Origin: Pseudomonadota bacterium
Lineage (GTDB): Bacteria; Pseudomonadota; Alphaproteobacteria; Micropepsales; Micropepsaceae
Direction of reading: 5' to 3'
Assembly (NCBI GenBank): GCA_040389245.1
Contig: JAZKAH010000002.1
Coordinates: 2,182,402 to 2,246,401 of the forward strand
DNA length: 64,000 nt
Shown here: positions 34,251-44,731 of the stretch, one piece after another
Layout of the letters: the number at the start of each line of letters is the position of its first letter
How positions within the stretch are numbered: position 1 is the first letter of the stretch
The notes under the pieces: generated by a model
Told to the model about the DNA's origin: nothing
Databases searched by the model: none
What the model saw: the letters and a program-made list of their open reading frames with translations, nothing else
Position numbers and translations under genes: made by a program

Positions 34251-34702
34251 GGCGTCTTCACCGTCATGCCGGTCGAACCGAACCCGCCGGCGCCGCGGAC
34301 GCTGTCGGACAAGGCTTCACTCTCGACAAGCTCGGCCTGTTCGTGGCGGGCGATAACCATTTGCGCGATCTTGGCGCCGCGCGCGATCTTGAAGGGCGCG
34401 TCGCCATGATTGATCAGGATGGCCTTGATCTCGCCGCGATAATCGCTGTCGATGGTGCCGGGTGCGTTCAATACCGTGACGCCGTAACTGAGTGCGAGTC
34501 CGGAACGGGGACGCACTTGTGCCTCCACGCCGTGCGGCAATTCGATGGCGATGCCGCAGGGGATTGCGGCGCGCTGGCCGGGGAGCAATTCGATTTCCCC
34601 GTCGATGGCGGCGAGAAGATCGAGTCCGGCGGCGCCGGCCGTGGCGTAATGCGGCAGCGCCAGATCGTGTCCATTGGCGAGGCGCTTCAGTCCGACTTTC
34701 AT
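34247..34702 (-). CDS. dut: dUTPase
   Basis: [22 protein letters not shown] and [10 protein letters not shown] motifs. Confidence 0.97.
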   Translation of the reverse strand: MKVGLKRLANGHDLALPHYATAGAAGLDLLAAIDGEIELLPGQRAAIPCGIAIELPHGVEAQVRPRSGLALSYGVTVLNAPGTIDSDYRGEIKAILINHGDAPFKIARGAKIAQMVIARHEQAELVESEALSDSVRGAGGFGSTGMTVKTP

Positions 34703-35916
34703 GAGACGTTTTCCTGGAAATGCCGTGCGATCCGCTGGACCAGGCGACGGGCGACCTCGGCCTTTGACATTTCCGGCCAGTGTTCCTGCGCTTCAGCGGT
34801 AATGAGATGGACCTGGTTGCGATCTCCGCCCATCACCGATTCCCCGCTCCCATTGGCGGAGACATCATTGGCGATGATCCAGTCCGCGCCTTTGCGCGTG
34901 CGTTTGGCAACGGCGTGGGGAACGACCTCGTCGGTTTCGGCCGCGAAGCCGACAACCAGGCGGGGGCGGCTCTTGTGCCGCGCCAGAGTGGCCAGGATGT
35001 CGGGGTTTTCCACCAGCCGGAGGGTGGGAACAGCATGTTCCGCGTCCTTCTTGATCTTGCTGTTGGCGGCGATGTCGGGCCGCCAATCGGCGACAGCGGC
35101 GCTCATCACCGCGATATCGGCGGGCAACTCGGCTTCGCAAGCCGCCAGCATCTCGCGCGCCGTGGTCACTTTCAGCAGTTTCACATGCGAGGGTGGAGCA
35201 ATCTCGACCGGGCCCGAGATCAGCACCGTGTCGGCACCTGCGCCGGCCAGCGCATCGGCGATGGCATAACCTTGCTTGCCGGAAGAGCGGTTGGCGAAGA
35301 AACGCACCGGGTCGAGCGGCTCGTGGGTGGGACCGGCGGTCACCAGCGCCTTGAATCCATCCAGCGCGCCGCCGCGGATTTTCAGAGCCTTCTCGATGGC
35401 GGCGACGATCTCCAGCGGCTCGGCCATGCGTCCGGGACCAAATTCCCCGCACGCCATTTCTCCGTCATTGGGACCGACGAACAGCACGCCGTCGCGCGCC
35501 AGGGTCTCGGCGCTGCGGCGCACCGACGGGCTTTGCCACATCCGCACATTCATGGCCGGCGCCATCAGGATTCGCTTGTCCGTCGCCAGAAGGGCGGTGG
35601 AGGCGAGATCGTTGGCCAGACCCGAAGCCAGCTTGCCCATCAGGTCGGCGGTGGCCGGTGCCACCACCACCAGATCGGCGGCGCGGGACAGTTCGATATG
35701 CCCCATCTCGCTCTCGTCGGTCAGGCTGAATAGATCGGAATAGACTTTCTCGCCGGTCAGGGCCGACACCGACAAGGGCGTTACGAATTCGGCGCCCGCA
35801 CGAGTCAGGATGGCGCGGGCCTTTACACCCCGCTCCGCCAGCCGGCGGATCAGCTCAAGGGATTTGTAGGCGGCGATACCGCCGCCGATGATCAGAAGAA
35901 TGCTCTTGCCATGCAT
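34699..35916 (-). CDS. coaBC: Bifunctional PPC decarboxylase/synthetase
   Basis: [31 protein letters not shown] and GFAAET motifs. Confidence 0.96.
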   Translation of the reverse strand: MHGKSILLIIGGGIAAYKSLELIRRLAERGVKARAILTRAGAEFVTPLSVSALTGEKVYSDLFSLTDESEMGHIELSRAADLVVVAPATADLMGKLASGLANDLASTALLATDKRILMAPAMNVRMWQSPSVRRSAETLARDGVLFVGPNDGEMACGEFGPGRMAEPLEIVAAIEKALKIRGGALDGFKALVTAGPTHEPLDPVRFFANRSSGKQGYAIADALAGAGADTVLISGPVEIAPPSHVKLLKVTTAREMLAACEAELPADIAVMSAAVADWRPDIAANSKIKKDAEHAVPTLRLVENPDILATLARHKSRPRLVVGFAAETDEVVPHAVAKRTRKGADWIIANDVSANGSGESVMGGDRNQVHLITAEAQEHWPEMSKAEVARRLVQRIARHFQENVS

Positions 35917-36049
35917 GGCTGTAAAATCCTGGACCGCCGTAAAAATACGGTAGTGGCTGCGGGAAATCTATAGAACCACGGTTGAGAAGTGTAGTTCCTA
36001 GGTATTTTGGAATATCCTGGCAAATCAGAGCCTTGCGAAAGTCGCCGGG

Positions 36050-36064
36050 TTAATGATTCGCTAA
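36050..36064 (+). promoter_or_regulatory. CtrA-like box with internal GANTC
   Basis: TTAA-TGATTCG-CTAA, one mismatch to TTAA-N7-TTAA. Confidence 0.45.
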
Positions 36065-36108
36065 ACATCGTATGATCTTATGTGCCCTCGCCTTTGGGGG
36101 GCGGTGTT

Positions 36109-36360
36109 ATGGCGTTATCGAAGCCTGGTCTCGGTCGGCGAGCAAAATTTCATCTCACCACGGGCGAGATCATGCGCCTGGCTTCGGATTTTGCCGAGGA
36201 ACATGGCAAGGATGCTTGCGATTACGCCTATCGCGCCGTGGTCAATTTCGAGGCGGAAGGCGAGGGCGAGCGCGCCTATCTGTGGTTTTTGATGCTGATC
36301 ATGCTGGGCGACATCGCCAGCTATCGGCTGAATCCCGATGGTCCGCTGACGATTCATTAG
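36109..36360 (+). CDS. Small hypothetical protein, 83 aa
   Basis: Protein-like helical sequence (LA....EEHG.DA...A......G......W) ending in TIH. Start could instead be 36082. Confidence 0.65.
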   Translation: MALSKPGLGRRAKFHLTTGEIMRLASDFAEEHGKDACDYAYRAVVNFEAEGEGERAYLWFLMLIMLGDIASYRLNPDGPLTIH

Positions 36361-36363
36361 ATT

Positions 36364-36453
36364 CTCCCCCATCTGTCTGCCACGGCCGCAAGCGACCTAG
36401 CAGACATCTTCCCCCATCAGGCCTTCGGCCACGGGGGGAAGAAAGTCCGTGTG
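36364..36453 (-). repeat. Repeat family A, copy 2 (short variant)
   Basis: 38/39 nt match to the conserved core; shares the GGGGGAAGAAAG end; lacks the central hairpin. Confidence 0.88.
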
Positions 36454-36505
36454 CGTTGCCGCGGGCATGCGGTAGCATAATTGCTCAACTCGTTTCCGGG
36501 ACAGC

Positions 36506-37450
36506 ATGGCCCTCGATCCGTTGGTGAAAGCCTTTCTCGATCAGGCGGCGGCGATTCCGCGTCCCAAGGCATGGGAGATGCCTTTGGGTACTATGCGCAA
36601 AAGCTTCGCCGGCATGATGGGTTTGGTCGGACCCAAGGATGTCCCGGTCGGGAAAATCGAGAATTTCAAGATCCCGGCGCCACAGGGCGATATCCGCGCC
36701 CGCGCCTACGCACCGGTTGCGGTAGGCGCCGCCGCGATGCCGGCCCTGGTTTATTTTCATGGCGGCGGGTTTGTCGTAGGCGATCTCGACACCCATGACG
36801 GGCTGTGCCGCCTGCTGGCGTGCGAAGGCGGCTTCCGGGTGATTGCGGTGGAATATCGCCTGGCGCCCGAGCACAAATGGCCCGCGCCGCTGGACGATGC
36901 GGCCGCCGCGCTGCACTGGATATTCGAGAATGCTTCCGCCTTGGGCGTCGATGCGGGCCGAATTGCCCTCGGCGGCGATTCGGCGGGCGCGACCCTGACG
37001 GCCTGCCTGACCCATGCCGTGAAAGAGAAAGGGGGGATGGCGATCGCTTTTCAGTTGCTGCTTTTTCCGGCCACCGATCTCGCCGGCCATTTTGCTTCGA
37101 TGGACAAATTCGGCGTCGGCTACTTCCTCGACCGCCAGACCATTGAATGGAATAATAAGCAGGTTATTCCTGAGGATGCAGATCGTACTTCACCCAAAAT
37201 CTCACCTCTCAGGGCCAAGGATTTTGCCGGTCTTCCGCCGGCCTATCTCATGCTGGGCGGCTACGATCCGCTACACGATGAAGGGCTGGCCTATGCTGAA
37301 AAGCTGCGCCGGGCAGGCGTGAAGGTCACCGTCGCCGATTATGGCGACATGGTGCACTGCTTCATCTATCTGCAGACGGTGCTGCCACAGGCGCATGAAG
37401 CGGTCGCCGCCGCCGCGAAAGCGGTGCGCGAGGCATTGGCAGTGGCGTGA
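36506..37450 (+). CDS. HSL-family esterase/lipase
   Basis: HGGGF, YRLAPEH, GDSAG and DPLHDEG motifs. Confidence 0.92.
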   Translation: MALDPLVKAFLDQAAAIPRPKAWEMPLGTMRKSFAGMMGLVGPKDVPVGKIENFKIPAPQGDIRARAYAPVAVGAAAMPALVYFHGGGFVVGDLDTHDGLCRLLACEGGFRVIAVEYRLAPEHKWPAPLDDAAAALHWIFENASALGVDAGRIALGGDSAGATLTACLTHAVKEKGGMAIAFQLLLFPATDLAGHFASMDKFGVGYFLDRQTIEWNNKQVIPEDADRTSPKISPLRAKDFAGLPPAYLMLGGYDPLHDEGLAYAEKLRRAGVKVTVADYGDMVHCFIYLQTVLPQAHEAVAAAAKAVREALAVA

Positions 37451-37473
37451 AGAAGCGACGGTAAGCGAAGCGC

Positions 37474-37641
37474 TTACTTGATCTTGCCTTCTTTGAATTC
37501 GACATGCTTGCGCAGGACGGGATCGTATTTCTTGATCGTGAATTTTTCCGTCATGGTGCGGGTGTTCTTCTTGGCGACATAGAAAAAGCCGGTCTTGCCT
37601 TCGCTGTTGAGGCGAATTTTGGCGGTGGTGGGCTTGGCCAT
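37474..37641 (-). CDS. rpmG: 50S ribosomal protein L33, not in the ORF track
   Basis: Hand translation: [55 protein letters not shown]. Confidence 0.95.
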   Translation of the reverse strand: MAKPTTAKIRLNSEGKTGFFYVAKKNTRTMTEKFTIKKYDPVLRKHVEFKEGKIK

Positions 37642-37730
37642 GGCAGACTCCAGAAGAAACAGGTCGAGAGGCGGGGTTTTTGGGGGAAGGACCCCGGACT
37701 GTCAAGCGGATGGGATCAAAATCCTGAAAC

Positions 37731-39971
37731 TCAACGCTTTTTCGGTTTGAAACGGCGCTTTTCCTTGGCGTTTCGGGACTTCCCGGGCTGCGCCGGGCGA
37801 TGCGTGCCGGCCGGTTTTGAACCGCCTTCCGCCAACTCGAAGCGCAGCCCCCCCGTGACGGGCGCCGCCTCCAACAGCTTGACGGCGATGGTATCGCCCA
37901 ATCCAAAGCTGGTTCCGGTGCGCTCGCCCCGCATCGCCTGGGCGCGTTCGTCATGGCGGAAATATTCCAGGCCCAGCGACCGCGCAGGCAGAAGGCCTTC
38001 TGCGCCGGATTCCTTGAGCCGAACGAACAATCCGAATTTGGTGACGCCGGTGATACGGGCTTCGAAAGTCGCGCCGACACGGTCCTGCATGAAGGCGGCG
38101 ACATAGCGGTCGGTGGAATCGCGTTCCGCCGCCATGGCGCGGCGCTCGGTGAGTGAGATGGCTTGCGCGATTTCCGGCAAATGCTTGATCTCGCGGTCGG
38201 TCAGGCCATCGCCGCCGCCCAGCGCCAGCCCGCGAATAAGAGCGCGGTGCACGATCAGGTCGGCATAGCGCCGGATCGGCGACGTGAAGTGGGCATATTT
38301 GGCCAAATTCAATCCGAAATGGCCGATATTGCCGGCGTCGTAGATCGCCTGCGCCTGGCTGCGCAGCACCACATCGTTCATCACCGCCTCGTGCGGCGTG
38401 CCTTTGGCCTGGACCAGGATGCGGTTGAAGGTACCGGGCTGCATCACCTGGCCCTTGGCGAAATTGATATTCAGGGTACGGAGGAAATCCGAGAATGCGA
38501 AAAGCTTTTCCCGCGACGGCGTGTCGTGCACCCGGTAGATGAGGGGGGTGCGGGCTTTTTCCAGCGCTTCGGCCGCCGCGACATTGGCCAGCACCATGCA
38601 TTCCTCGATCAGGCGCATGGATTCCAGCCGCTCGCGATAGGCGATGCTTGCGACATGGCCGTTCGGGCCCAGTTGAATGCGCCGCTCCGGCAAATCGAGA
38701 TCCAGAGGGCTGCGCTTTTCCCGCGCGACGACGAGCGTCTTGTAGGCAGCCCAGAGGTCGTCGAGGGTCTTGCGCACGGTGCTGTTGATCTCGGCATCGG
38801 GCTTGCCGTCGAATGCCGCCTGGGCGCGGGCATAGGTGAGCCTTGCCGCCGACCGCATCACGCCGCGCAGGAATGTGTGGCCGCGCTTGTGACCGTGCGC
38901 GTCGAACACCATGCGCACGGCCAGGCAAGGCCGGTCGACGCCTTCCTTCAGGGAGCAGAGATCGGCGGAGAGTTCTTCGGGCAGCATCGGCACGACCCGG
39001 TCGGGGAAATACGCACTGTTGCCGCGCTTCAGGGCTTCCTTGTCGAGCGCCGAGCCGGGCGTCACATAATGCGCGACGTCGGCGATGGCGACGAGCACGG
39101 CATAGCCGCCCTTGTTCGCCGGATCGTCATCGAGACCGGCCCAGACCGCGTCATCATGATCGCGGGCATCTTCCGGATCGATGGTGACGAGGGGAATGGC
39201 GCGCAGATCCGTCCGCCCATGCGGGTCGACAGGCTTTGCGGCCCTGGCTTCATCCAGCACGCTTTGCGGAAAGACGGTCGGAATGCCATGGGCGTGGATG
39301 GCGATCAGGCTGATGGTGCGGGGACTGTCCATGCTGCCGATACGTTCCACCACCCGGACGCGGGGAAAGCCGGCGGCCTTGCGGCCGATGGGCTCGCACA
39401 ACACCAATTCGTTGTTCTTCGCGCCCGCGGCGTCATTTTTGTCCAGCGCATATTCGCCGCGTGTCTTGCGGTCCACAGGCATGACCCGGAATCCGGCGTT
39501 GTTCTCGCGCAGCACGCCGAGAATGCGTTCGGGGCCCGCTTCGTTTTCCAGGCGCCGCACGATGGCGGCTTCGTAGCCTTGGCCCCGTTTTTCCAGCCGC
39601 GCCAGAATGCGCGCGCCGGGGCCCAGTGCCGCGCCTTCCTTTGGCGGGGCGACATGGATCGTGGGCGGCTCGGTGTTGGACTCCCAATTGAGAGGGCGAG
39701 CCAGCAATTCGCCGTCGCTGTCGGTGCCGGTGATTTCCAGCACCGCGATTTCCGGAAGCTCGCCGGCTTTGGTTAGTCCGCGTTTGGCGTTGCCCAGGGT
39801 CGCGCCTTCGGCCTCCAACTCGCGCAGCAGGCGTTTGAGGACAATGCGGTCGGAGCCCTTCAACCCCGTCAACCGCGCCAGATCACGCTTGGTGGCGCCG
39901 GGATGTTCGGCCAGCAGAACAAGCAGGCGAGCTTTGTCGAGAGGCGGTGCGTTGGCAGCCCGGCGCGGCAA
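37731..39971 (-). CDS. rnr: Ribonuclease R
   Basis: TIDPEDARDHDDA, HFTSPIRRYADL, S1 domain and basic C-terminal tail. Confidence 0.96.
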   Translation of the reverse strand: MPRRAANAPPLDKARLLVLLAEHPGATKRDLARLTGLKGSDRIVLKRLLRELEAEGATLGNAKRGLTKAGELPEIAVLEITGTDSDGELLARPLNWESNTEPPTIHVAPPKEGAALGPGARILARLEKRGQGYEAAIVRRLENEAGPERILGVLRENNAGFRVMPVDRKTRGEYALDKNDAAGAKNNELVLCEPIGRKAAGFPRVRVVERIGSMDSPRTISLIAIHAHGIPTVFPQSVLDEARAAKPVDPHGRTDLRAIPLVTIDPEDARDHDDAVWAGLDDDPANKGGYAVLVAIADVAHYVTPGSALDKEALKRGNSAYFPDRVVPMLPEELSADLCSLKEGVDRPCLAVRMVFDAHGHKRGHTFLRGVMRSAARLTYARAQAAFDGKPDAEINSTVRKTLDDLWAAYKTLVVAREKRSPLDLDLPERRIQLGPNGHVASIAYRERLESMRLIEECMVLANVAAAEALEKARTPLIYRVHDTPSREKLFAFSDFLRTLNINFAKGQVMQPGTFNRILVQAKGTPHEAVMNDVVLRSQAQAIYDAGNIGHFGLNLAKYAHFTSPIRRYADLIVHRALIRGLALGGGDGLTDREIKHLPEIAQAISLTERRAMAAERDSTDRYVAAFMQDRVGATFEARITGVTKFGLFVRLKESGAEGLLPARSLGLEYFRHDERAQAMRGERTGTSFGLGDTIAVKLLEAAPVTGGLRFELAEGGSKPAGTHRPAQPGKSRNAKEKRRFKPKKR

Positions 39972-42608
39972 TTATTCGCCCGCCACGGGCTCTGGCTTTT
40001 TCTTCGCCTTCGCTGCCGCTTTCTTCTTCGCCGCGGGTTTCTTTGCGGGTTTTGCAGGCTTCGCTTCCACTTTGGGCTTTGGCACCTTGGTTTTTGGCGC
40101 AGCCTTCTTTTTCTTCTTCTTGCCGCCGCCCTTGGCGGCGCGTTCGGCAATCAAGGCCAGCGCCTGTTCCAATGTCACTTCCATCGGATCATGGCTTTCC
40201 GGGATGGTGGCATTGATGTCGCCGTCGCTGACATAGGGACCGTAACGGCCCTTCAGCACCTTGATGGCGTTGCCGTCGCCGTCCTGGCCCAGTTCCTTCA
40301 ATGCTTGCGGTCCGCGCCGGCCGCCGCCCTTGGCTTTCTTTTCCGCCAGGACGGTGACGGCGTGGTTCAGGCCGATCTCGAACACATCCTCGGGTGATTC
40401 CAGCGACGCATATTTGCCGTCATGGGCGACATAGGGCCCGAAACGGCCGAAATTCGCCGTGATCAGTTTGCCGTCTTCGGGATGGGCGCCGACTTCGCGG
40501 GGCAGGGACAATAGCTTGACCGCCAGCGGCAGATCCACGGCCGAAGGATCGGTGCCTTTGGGCAGGCCGGCACGCTTGGGCTTCTTGTCTTCGCCCAGTT
40601 GCACATAAGGACCGAAGCGGCCCGAGCGCACCGTCACTTGCTGATCCGTGCCGGGAAACGGGCCCAGCTCGCGCGGTCCGGCATCGCCTTCGCCGGGCTT
40701 GGCGCCGATCTGGCGCGTGAAGCGGCATTCCGGATAATTGGTGCAGCCGACGAACGCGCCGAAACGGCCCAGCTTCAGATTGAGTCTTCCATCGGCGCAG
40801 GCGGGACATTTGCGCGGATCGACACCCTCTTCGCCGGGCGGGAAGATATGCGGTCCCAGCACGGAATCTAGTTCGTCGATCACCTGGCTGATCTTGAGAT
40901 CCTTGGTCTCGCCCACCGCGGCGGAGAAGTCCTTCCAGAAATCCCGCAGCAATTGCTTCCAATTGAGGGTGCCCGCCGAAACTTCGTCCAGCTTTTCTTC
41001 CAGGTCGGCGGTGAAGTCATAGGCGACATACCGGTGGAAGAAGCTGTTGAGGAAGGTGGTGACCAGGCGGCCTTTTTCTTCCGGATAAAAGCGGTTGCGG
41101 TCCATCCGCACATAGGCGCGGTCCCGCAAGGTGGAAAGAATGGAAGCGTAAGTCGAAGGCCGGCCGATGCCGAGCTCTTCCAGCTTGCGCACCAGGCTGG
41201 CTTCGGAATAGCGCGGCGGCGGCTCGGTGAAATGCTGCGCCGGCGTCACATTCTCGACTTTGCTGGCGTCGCCGGCCGCCACTTTCGGCAGCTTGGAGCC
41301 TTCATCATCCGAAGCGTCGTCTTCGCCTTCCAGATAGAGCGTGAGGAAGCCGTCAAACAAGGTGACGGTGCCCGTGGCGCGCAAGGTGATCTGCTTGTCG
41401 GCGGAAATCACATCGACGGTGGTGCGTTCCTGCTCGGCGGATTCCATCTGGCTGGCAACGGCCCGCTTCCAGATCAATTCATAAAGCCGCGCCGCATCGG
41501 CATCCAGGTAGCGCGAAACCTCCTCGGGAGTGCGCGCGAAGCTGGTGGGGCGTACCGCTTCATGCGCTTCCTGGGCGTTCTTGGCCTTGCTGGAATAGAC
41601 CCGGGCCGTCTGCGGCACATAACGGGCGCCATATTTCTTGCCGATGAGATCGCGGGCTTCGGCAATCGCTTCCGGCACCATGATGACGCCGTCTGTCCGC
41701 ATATAGGTGATCAGGCCGACCGTTTCGCCGCCGATATCGGCGCCTTCATACAATCCCTGCGCCACCTGCATGGTGCGCTTGGCGGCAAAGCCCAGCTTGC
41801 GCGCCGCCTCCTGCTGCAGGGTGGAGGTGATGAAAGGCGGCGAGGGATTGCGCTTGACCGGCTTGGCTTCAACGCTGCCGATGGTGAATGTCTGCGCCTC
41901 GATCGCGCTGACCGCCCGCTTGGCATCTGCTTCATTGGCCAGCGAAAGCTTTTCCAGCTTCTTGCCGGCCAACTGGATCAGCCGGGCCGGGAAGTCGCCC
42001 TTGGCGGTGGAGACATCGGTATCGATGCTCCAATATTCCTGTGCCTTGAACGCTTCGATCTCGGCTTCGCGTTCGACCACGAGCCGCAGCGCCACCGATT
42101 GCACGCGGCCCGCCGAACGGGCGCCCGGCAGTTTGCGCCACAAGACCGGCGACAGCGTAAACCCGACCAGATAGTCCAGCGCCCGGCGCGCCAGATAGGC
42201 ATCGACCAGTTCTTCATTGATGGCGCGGGGATGGGCGATCGCTTCGAGGATGGCCGATTTGGTCACGGCGTTGAACACCACGCGCTCGACCGGCATCTTG
42301 CCCAGCACATTCTTCTGCTTGAGCACTTCCAATATATGCCAGGAGATCGCCTCGCCCTCGCGGTCGGGGTCGGTGGCGAGGATCAGTTTGTCGGCGCCCT
42401 TCACGGCGCTGGCGATGTCCTTGATCTTGGACTGGGCGCGGGCATCGACATCCCACACCATCGAGAAATCGTCATCCGGCTTTACCGAACCATCCTTGGA
42501 GGGCAGGTCGCGGATATGCCCGAAGCTGGCCAGGACCTTATAGTCGCTACCCAGATACTTATTGATGGTTTTGGCTTTGGCGGGGGACTCGACGACGAGA
42601 ACGTTCAT
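39972..42608 (-). CDS. topA: DNA topoisomerase I
   Basis: VVESPAKAKTI, ATDPDREGEAI, SAGRVQS, catalytic ITYMRTD; Lys/Ala-rich tail. Confidence 0.97.
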   Translation of the reverse strand: MNVLVVESPAKAKTINKYLGSDYKVLASFGHIRDLPSKDGSVKPDDDFSMVWDVDARAQSKIKDIASAVKGADKLILATDPDREGEAISWHILEVLKQKNVLGKMPVERVVFNAVTKSAILEAIAHPRAINEELVDAYLARRALDYLVGFTLSPVLWRKLPGARSAGRVQSVALRLVVEREAEIEAFKAQEYWSIDTDVSTAKGDFPARLIQLAGKKLEKLSLANEADAKRAVSAIEAQTFTIGSVEAKPVKRNPSPPFITSTLQQEAARKLGFAAKRTMQVAQGLYEGADIGGETVGLITYMRTDGVIMVPEAIAEARDLIGKKYGARYVPQTARVYSSKAKNAQEAHEAVRPTSFARTPEEVSRYLDADAARLYELIWKRAVASQMESAEQERTTVDVISADKQITLRATGTVTLFDGFLTLYLEGEDDASDDEGSKLPKVAAGDASKVENVTPAQHFTEPPPRYSEASLVRKLEELGIGRPSTYASILSTLRDRAYVRMDRNRFYPEEKGRLVTTFLNSFFHRYVAYDFTADLEEKLDEVSAGTLNWKQLLRDFWKDFSAAVGETKDLKISQVIDELDSVLGPHIFPPGEEGVDPRKCPACADGRLNLKLGRFGAFVGCTNYPECRFTRQIGAKPGEGDAGPRELGPFPGTDQQVTVRSGRFGPYVQLGEDKKPKRAGLPKGTDPSAVDLPLAVKLLSLPREVGAHPEDGKLITANFGRFGPYVAHDGKYASLESPEDVFEIGLNHAVTVLAEKKAKGGGRRGPQALKELGQDGDGNAIKVLKGRYGPYVSDGDINATIPESHDPMEVTLEQALALIAERAAKGGGKKKKKKAAPKTKVPKPKVEAKPAKPAKKPAAKKKAAAKAKKKPEPVAGE

Positions 42609-42970
42609 ACCGGCAGCTTTTGGACCTTTGGGGGGCTTATCTGGGGGCGCGGCGCCAAGGGACAAGGCGGGAACCGCGGAACAGGGCCTTTTTTTGCAAA
42701 TGCGGCGGGACACTGATGGAAGGGAGACGAGCCTGTCAACGGCTGGCCCTCTTTGAAGATAAAGCCTTTGGTTGAATACCAGGCCAAAGCCGCCGAGAAA
42801 TAAAGCTACTGGTTGTATTTTCCGACTTCGAGGCAGCTAGAAGTTTCCGCCGAAAACATGCAGCAAATCCTCCTCCTGCAATGCCTGGCGGCCCGGAAAT
42901 GCCGAAGACGGAAGTCCTTGGCACGAAAATTTTTGGCGCGGCCAGCCTAACGACGGCGGGGTCCGGCCCG

Positions 42971-44095
42971 TCAGACGTCCGGCGGACTGGCCCAGGCGAC
43001 ACGATTTCCGGGGTGGCGGCGGCAGCGGCCCGCCAGTTCCAATTCCAGGATGACGGTCAGGACCGCGCCCGCCGGAGCGCCCGTCTGGCGAATGAGTTCA
43101 TCGATTTCCACCGGGGTGACTCCGAGCGCCTCTTCGATCCGCGAGCGGACGCGGTCGGCCTCCGCTTCAAGAGAGCCGGTGCTGGCGGCAGGGACAAGCG
43201 CGCTGCTTTCCGGCTCGCCAAACCCGACGCCGAGAATGGGCCGCAGCACCGTCAGCACATCTTGCGCGCCTTCGGTCAATGTCGCGCCTTCACGGATCAG
43301 GCGGTTGGCGCCTCTGGCGCGCGGATCCAGCGGCGAACCGGGGACGGCGAAAATCTCGCGATTCTGTTCCAACGCGTAATTCGCGGTGATGAGCGAGCCC
43401 GAGCGTTCGGCCGCTTCCACCACGACGACGCCGCGTGACAGGCCCGAGATCAGCCGGTTGCGGCGCGGGAAATGGCGCGCCTGCGGGGCTTCACCCAACC
43501 GCATTTCAGAAATGACGGCGCCGCGCTCCGCGATCGCGCGATAGAGGGCTTCATTTTCGGGCGGATAGATTATATCCACGCCGCCCGCCACCACCGCGAC
43601 CGTGCCATGCTCCAGCCCGGCCTCATGCGCGGCGGAATCGATGCCGCGGGCCAGGCCCGATGCGATGACAAGTCCGGCTTCGCCCAGATCGCGGGCCAGC
43701 ATCTGGGCGAATTTGCGCGCCAGTGCCGAGGCATTGCGGGCACCCACGATCGCGACCATGTCTTTTTGCAGGAGATGCATTCGTCCGATCACGGAAATCA
43801 GCGGCGGCGGAGGATCGAGCGCGGCGAGACCAAGAGGGAAATCGGGCTCGCAGGCCGCGACGAGGCGGCCGCCCAGCTTTTCCAGGCTCTCCAATTCGTG
43901 CAGGGCATCGCTCTTTGGCGGCAGGACGAAATTCTTGCCGCCGCCGCGTTGTGCCAGCCGGGGGACTTCCTCCACTGCGGCCGAGGCGCTGCCGAAGCGT
44001 GCGATCAATTGCGCGAAGGTGACCGGGCCGACCGTGCCGGTGCGGGCCAGCCGCAGCCAGGCCAGCCTTTCCGCTGCATCCAGAATGCGGGTCAT
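42971..44095 (-). CDS. dprA: DNA processing protein DprA
   Basis: AIVGARNAS, SGLARGID, FPRRNRLISG and SGSLITA motifs. Confidence 0.95.
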   Translation of the reverse strand: MTRILDAAERLAWLRLARTGTVGPVTFAQLIARFGSASAAVEEVPRLAQRGGGKNFVLPPKSDALHELESLEKLGGRLVAACEPDFPLGLAALDPPPPLISVIGRMHLLQKDMVAIVGARNASALARKFAQMLARDLGEAGLVIASGLARGIDSAAHEAGLEHGTVAVVAGGVDIIYPPENEALYRAIAERGAVISEMRLGEAPQARHFPRRNRLISGLSRGVVVVEAAERSGSLITANYALEQNREIFAVPGSPLDPRARGANRLIREGATLTEGAQDVLTVLRPILGVGFGEPESSALVPAASTGSLEAEADRVRSRIEEALGVTPVEIDELIRQTGAPAGAVLTVILELELAGRCRRHPGNRVAWASPPDV

Positions 44096-44697
44096 TGCGT
44101 CTTGGCGCCTCTGGATCCAATACGCGGTTCTTCGCCGCGCAGCAGCCGGCGGATATTTTCGCGGTGCATGAAGATGACAATCGCCGCAAGCAGAAGGGCG
44201 AGCGGAGCGTAGCCGCCATGACCCAGCACAAGGAAATAAAGCGGCGACAGAGCAATGGCGATCAACGCCGAAAGCGAAGATATCCGCCAGATCAATGCCG
44301 CCAGCAGCCAAGTCGCCGCCGCCAGCAGTCCGGCCGGCCAGTAAAGCGCGATGGCGACGCCCAAGAAGGTGGCCACGCCTTTGCCGCCCTTGAAACCCAG
44401 CCAGAGGGGAAAGATATGGCCCAGCACGGCCGCCAGGGCGGCGAAGATCTCCGATCCCGGGGGCAGGAATTCCCGGGCGATCAGGACGGCTGCCGCGCCC
44501 TTGAGCCCGTCGAACAACAATGTCGCCGCCGCCGCCCATTTCTTGCCGGTGCGCAGCACATTGGTGGCGCCGATATTGCCGGAGCCGATCTTGCGCACAT
44601 CGCCGGCGCCGGATGCCCAGGCGAAAAGCAATCCGAACGGGATGGATCCCAGAAGATAGCCGAGAGCCAAAGCTGCGAGCGCGAAGGGAATAATCAT
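44092..44697 (-). CDS. plsY: Glycerol-3-phosphate acyltransferase
   Basis: GSIPFG, GSGNIGATN, KGGKGVAT and HRENIRRL motifs. Confidence 0.96.
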   Translation of the reverse strand: MIIPFALAALALGYLLGSIPFGLLFAWASGAGDVRKIGSGNIGATNVLRTGKKWAAAATLLFDGLKGAAAVLIAREFLPPGSEIFAALAAVLGHIFPLWLGFKGGKGVATFLGVAIALYWPAGLLAAATWLLAALIWRISSLSALIAIALSPLYFLVLGHGGYAPLALLLAAIVIFMHRENIRRLLRGEEPRIGSRGAKTQ

Positions 44698-44731
44698 CGC
44701 CCGCGACGATAGGGAACTTTCAGCGGCAAAT

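Noticed and set aside
42919-42933. Sigma-54 promoter (TGGCACG-N4-)
   Set aside because: The -12 element reads TTTT rather than TTGC, and no plus-strand gene follows.
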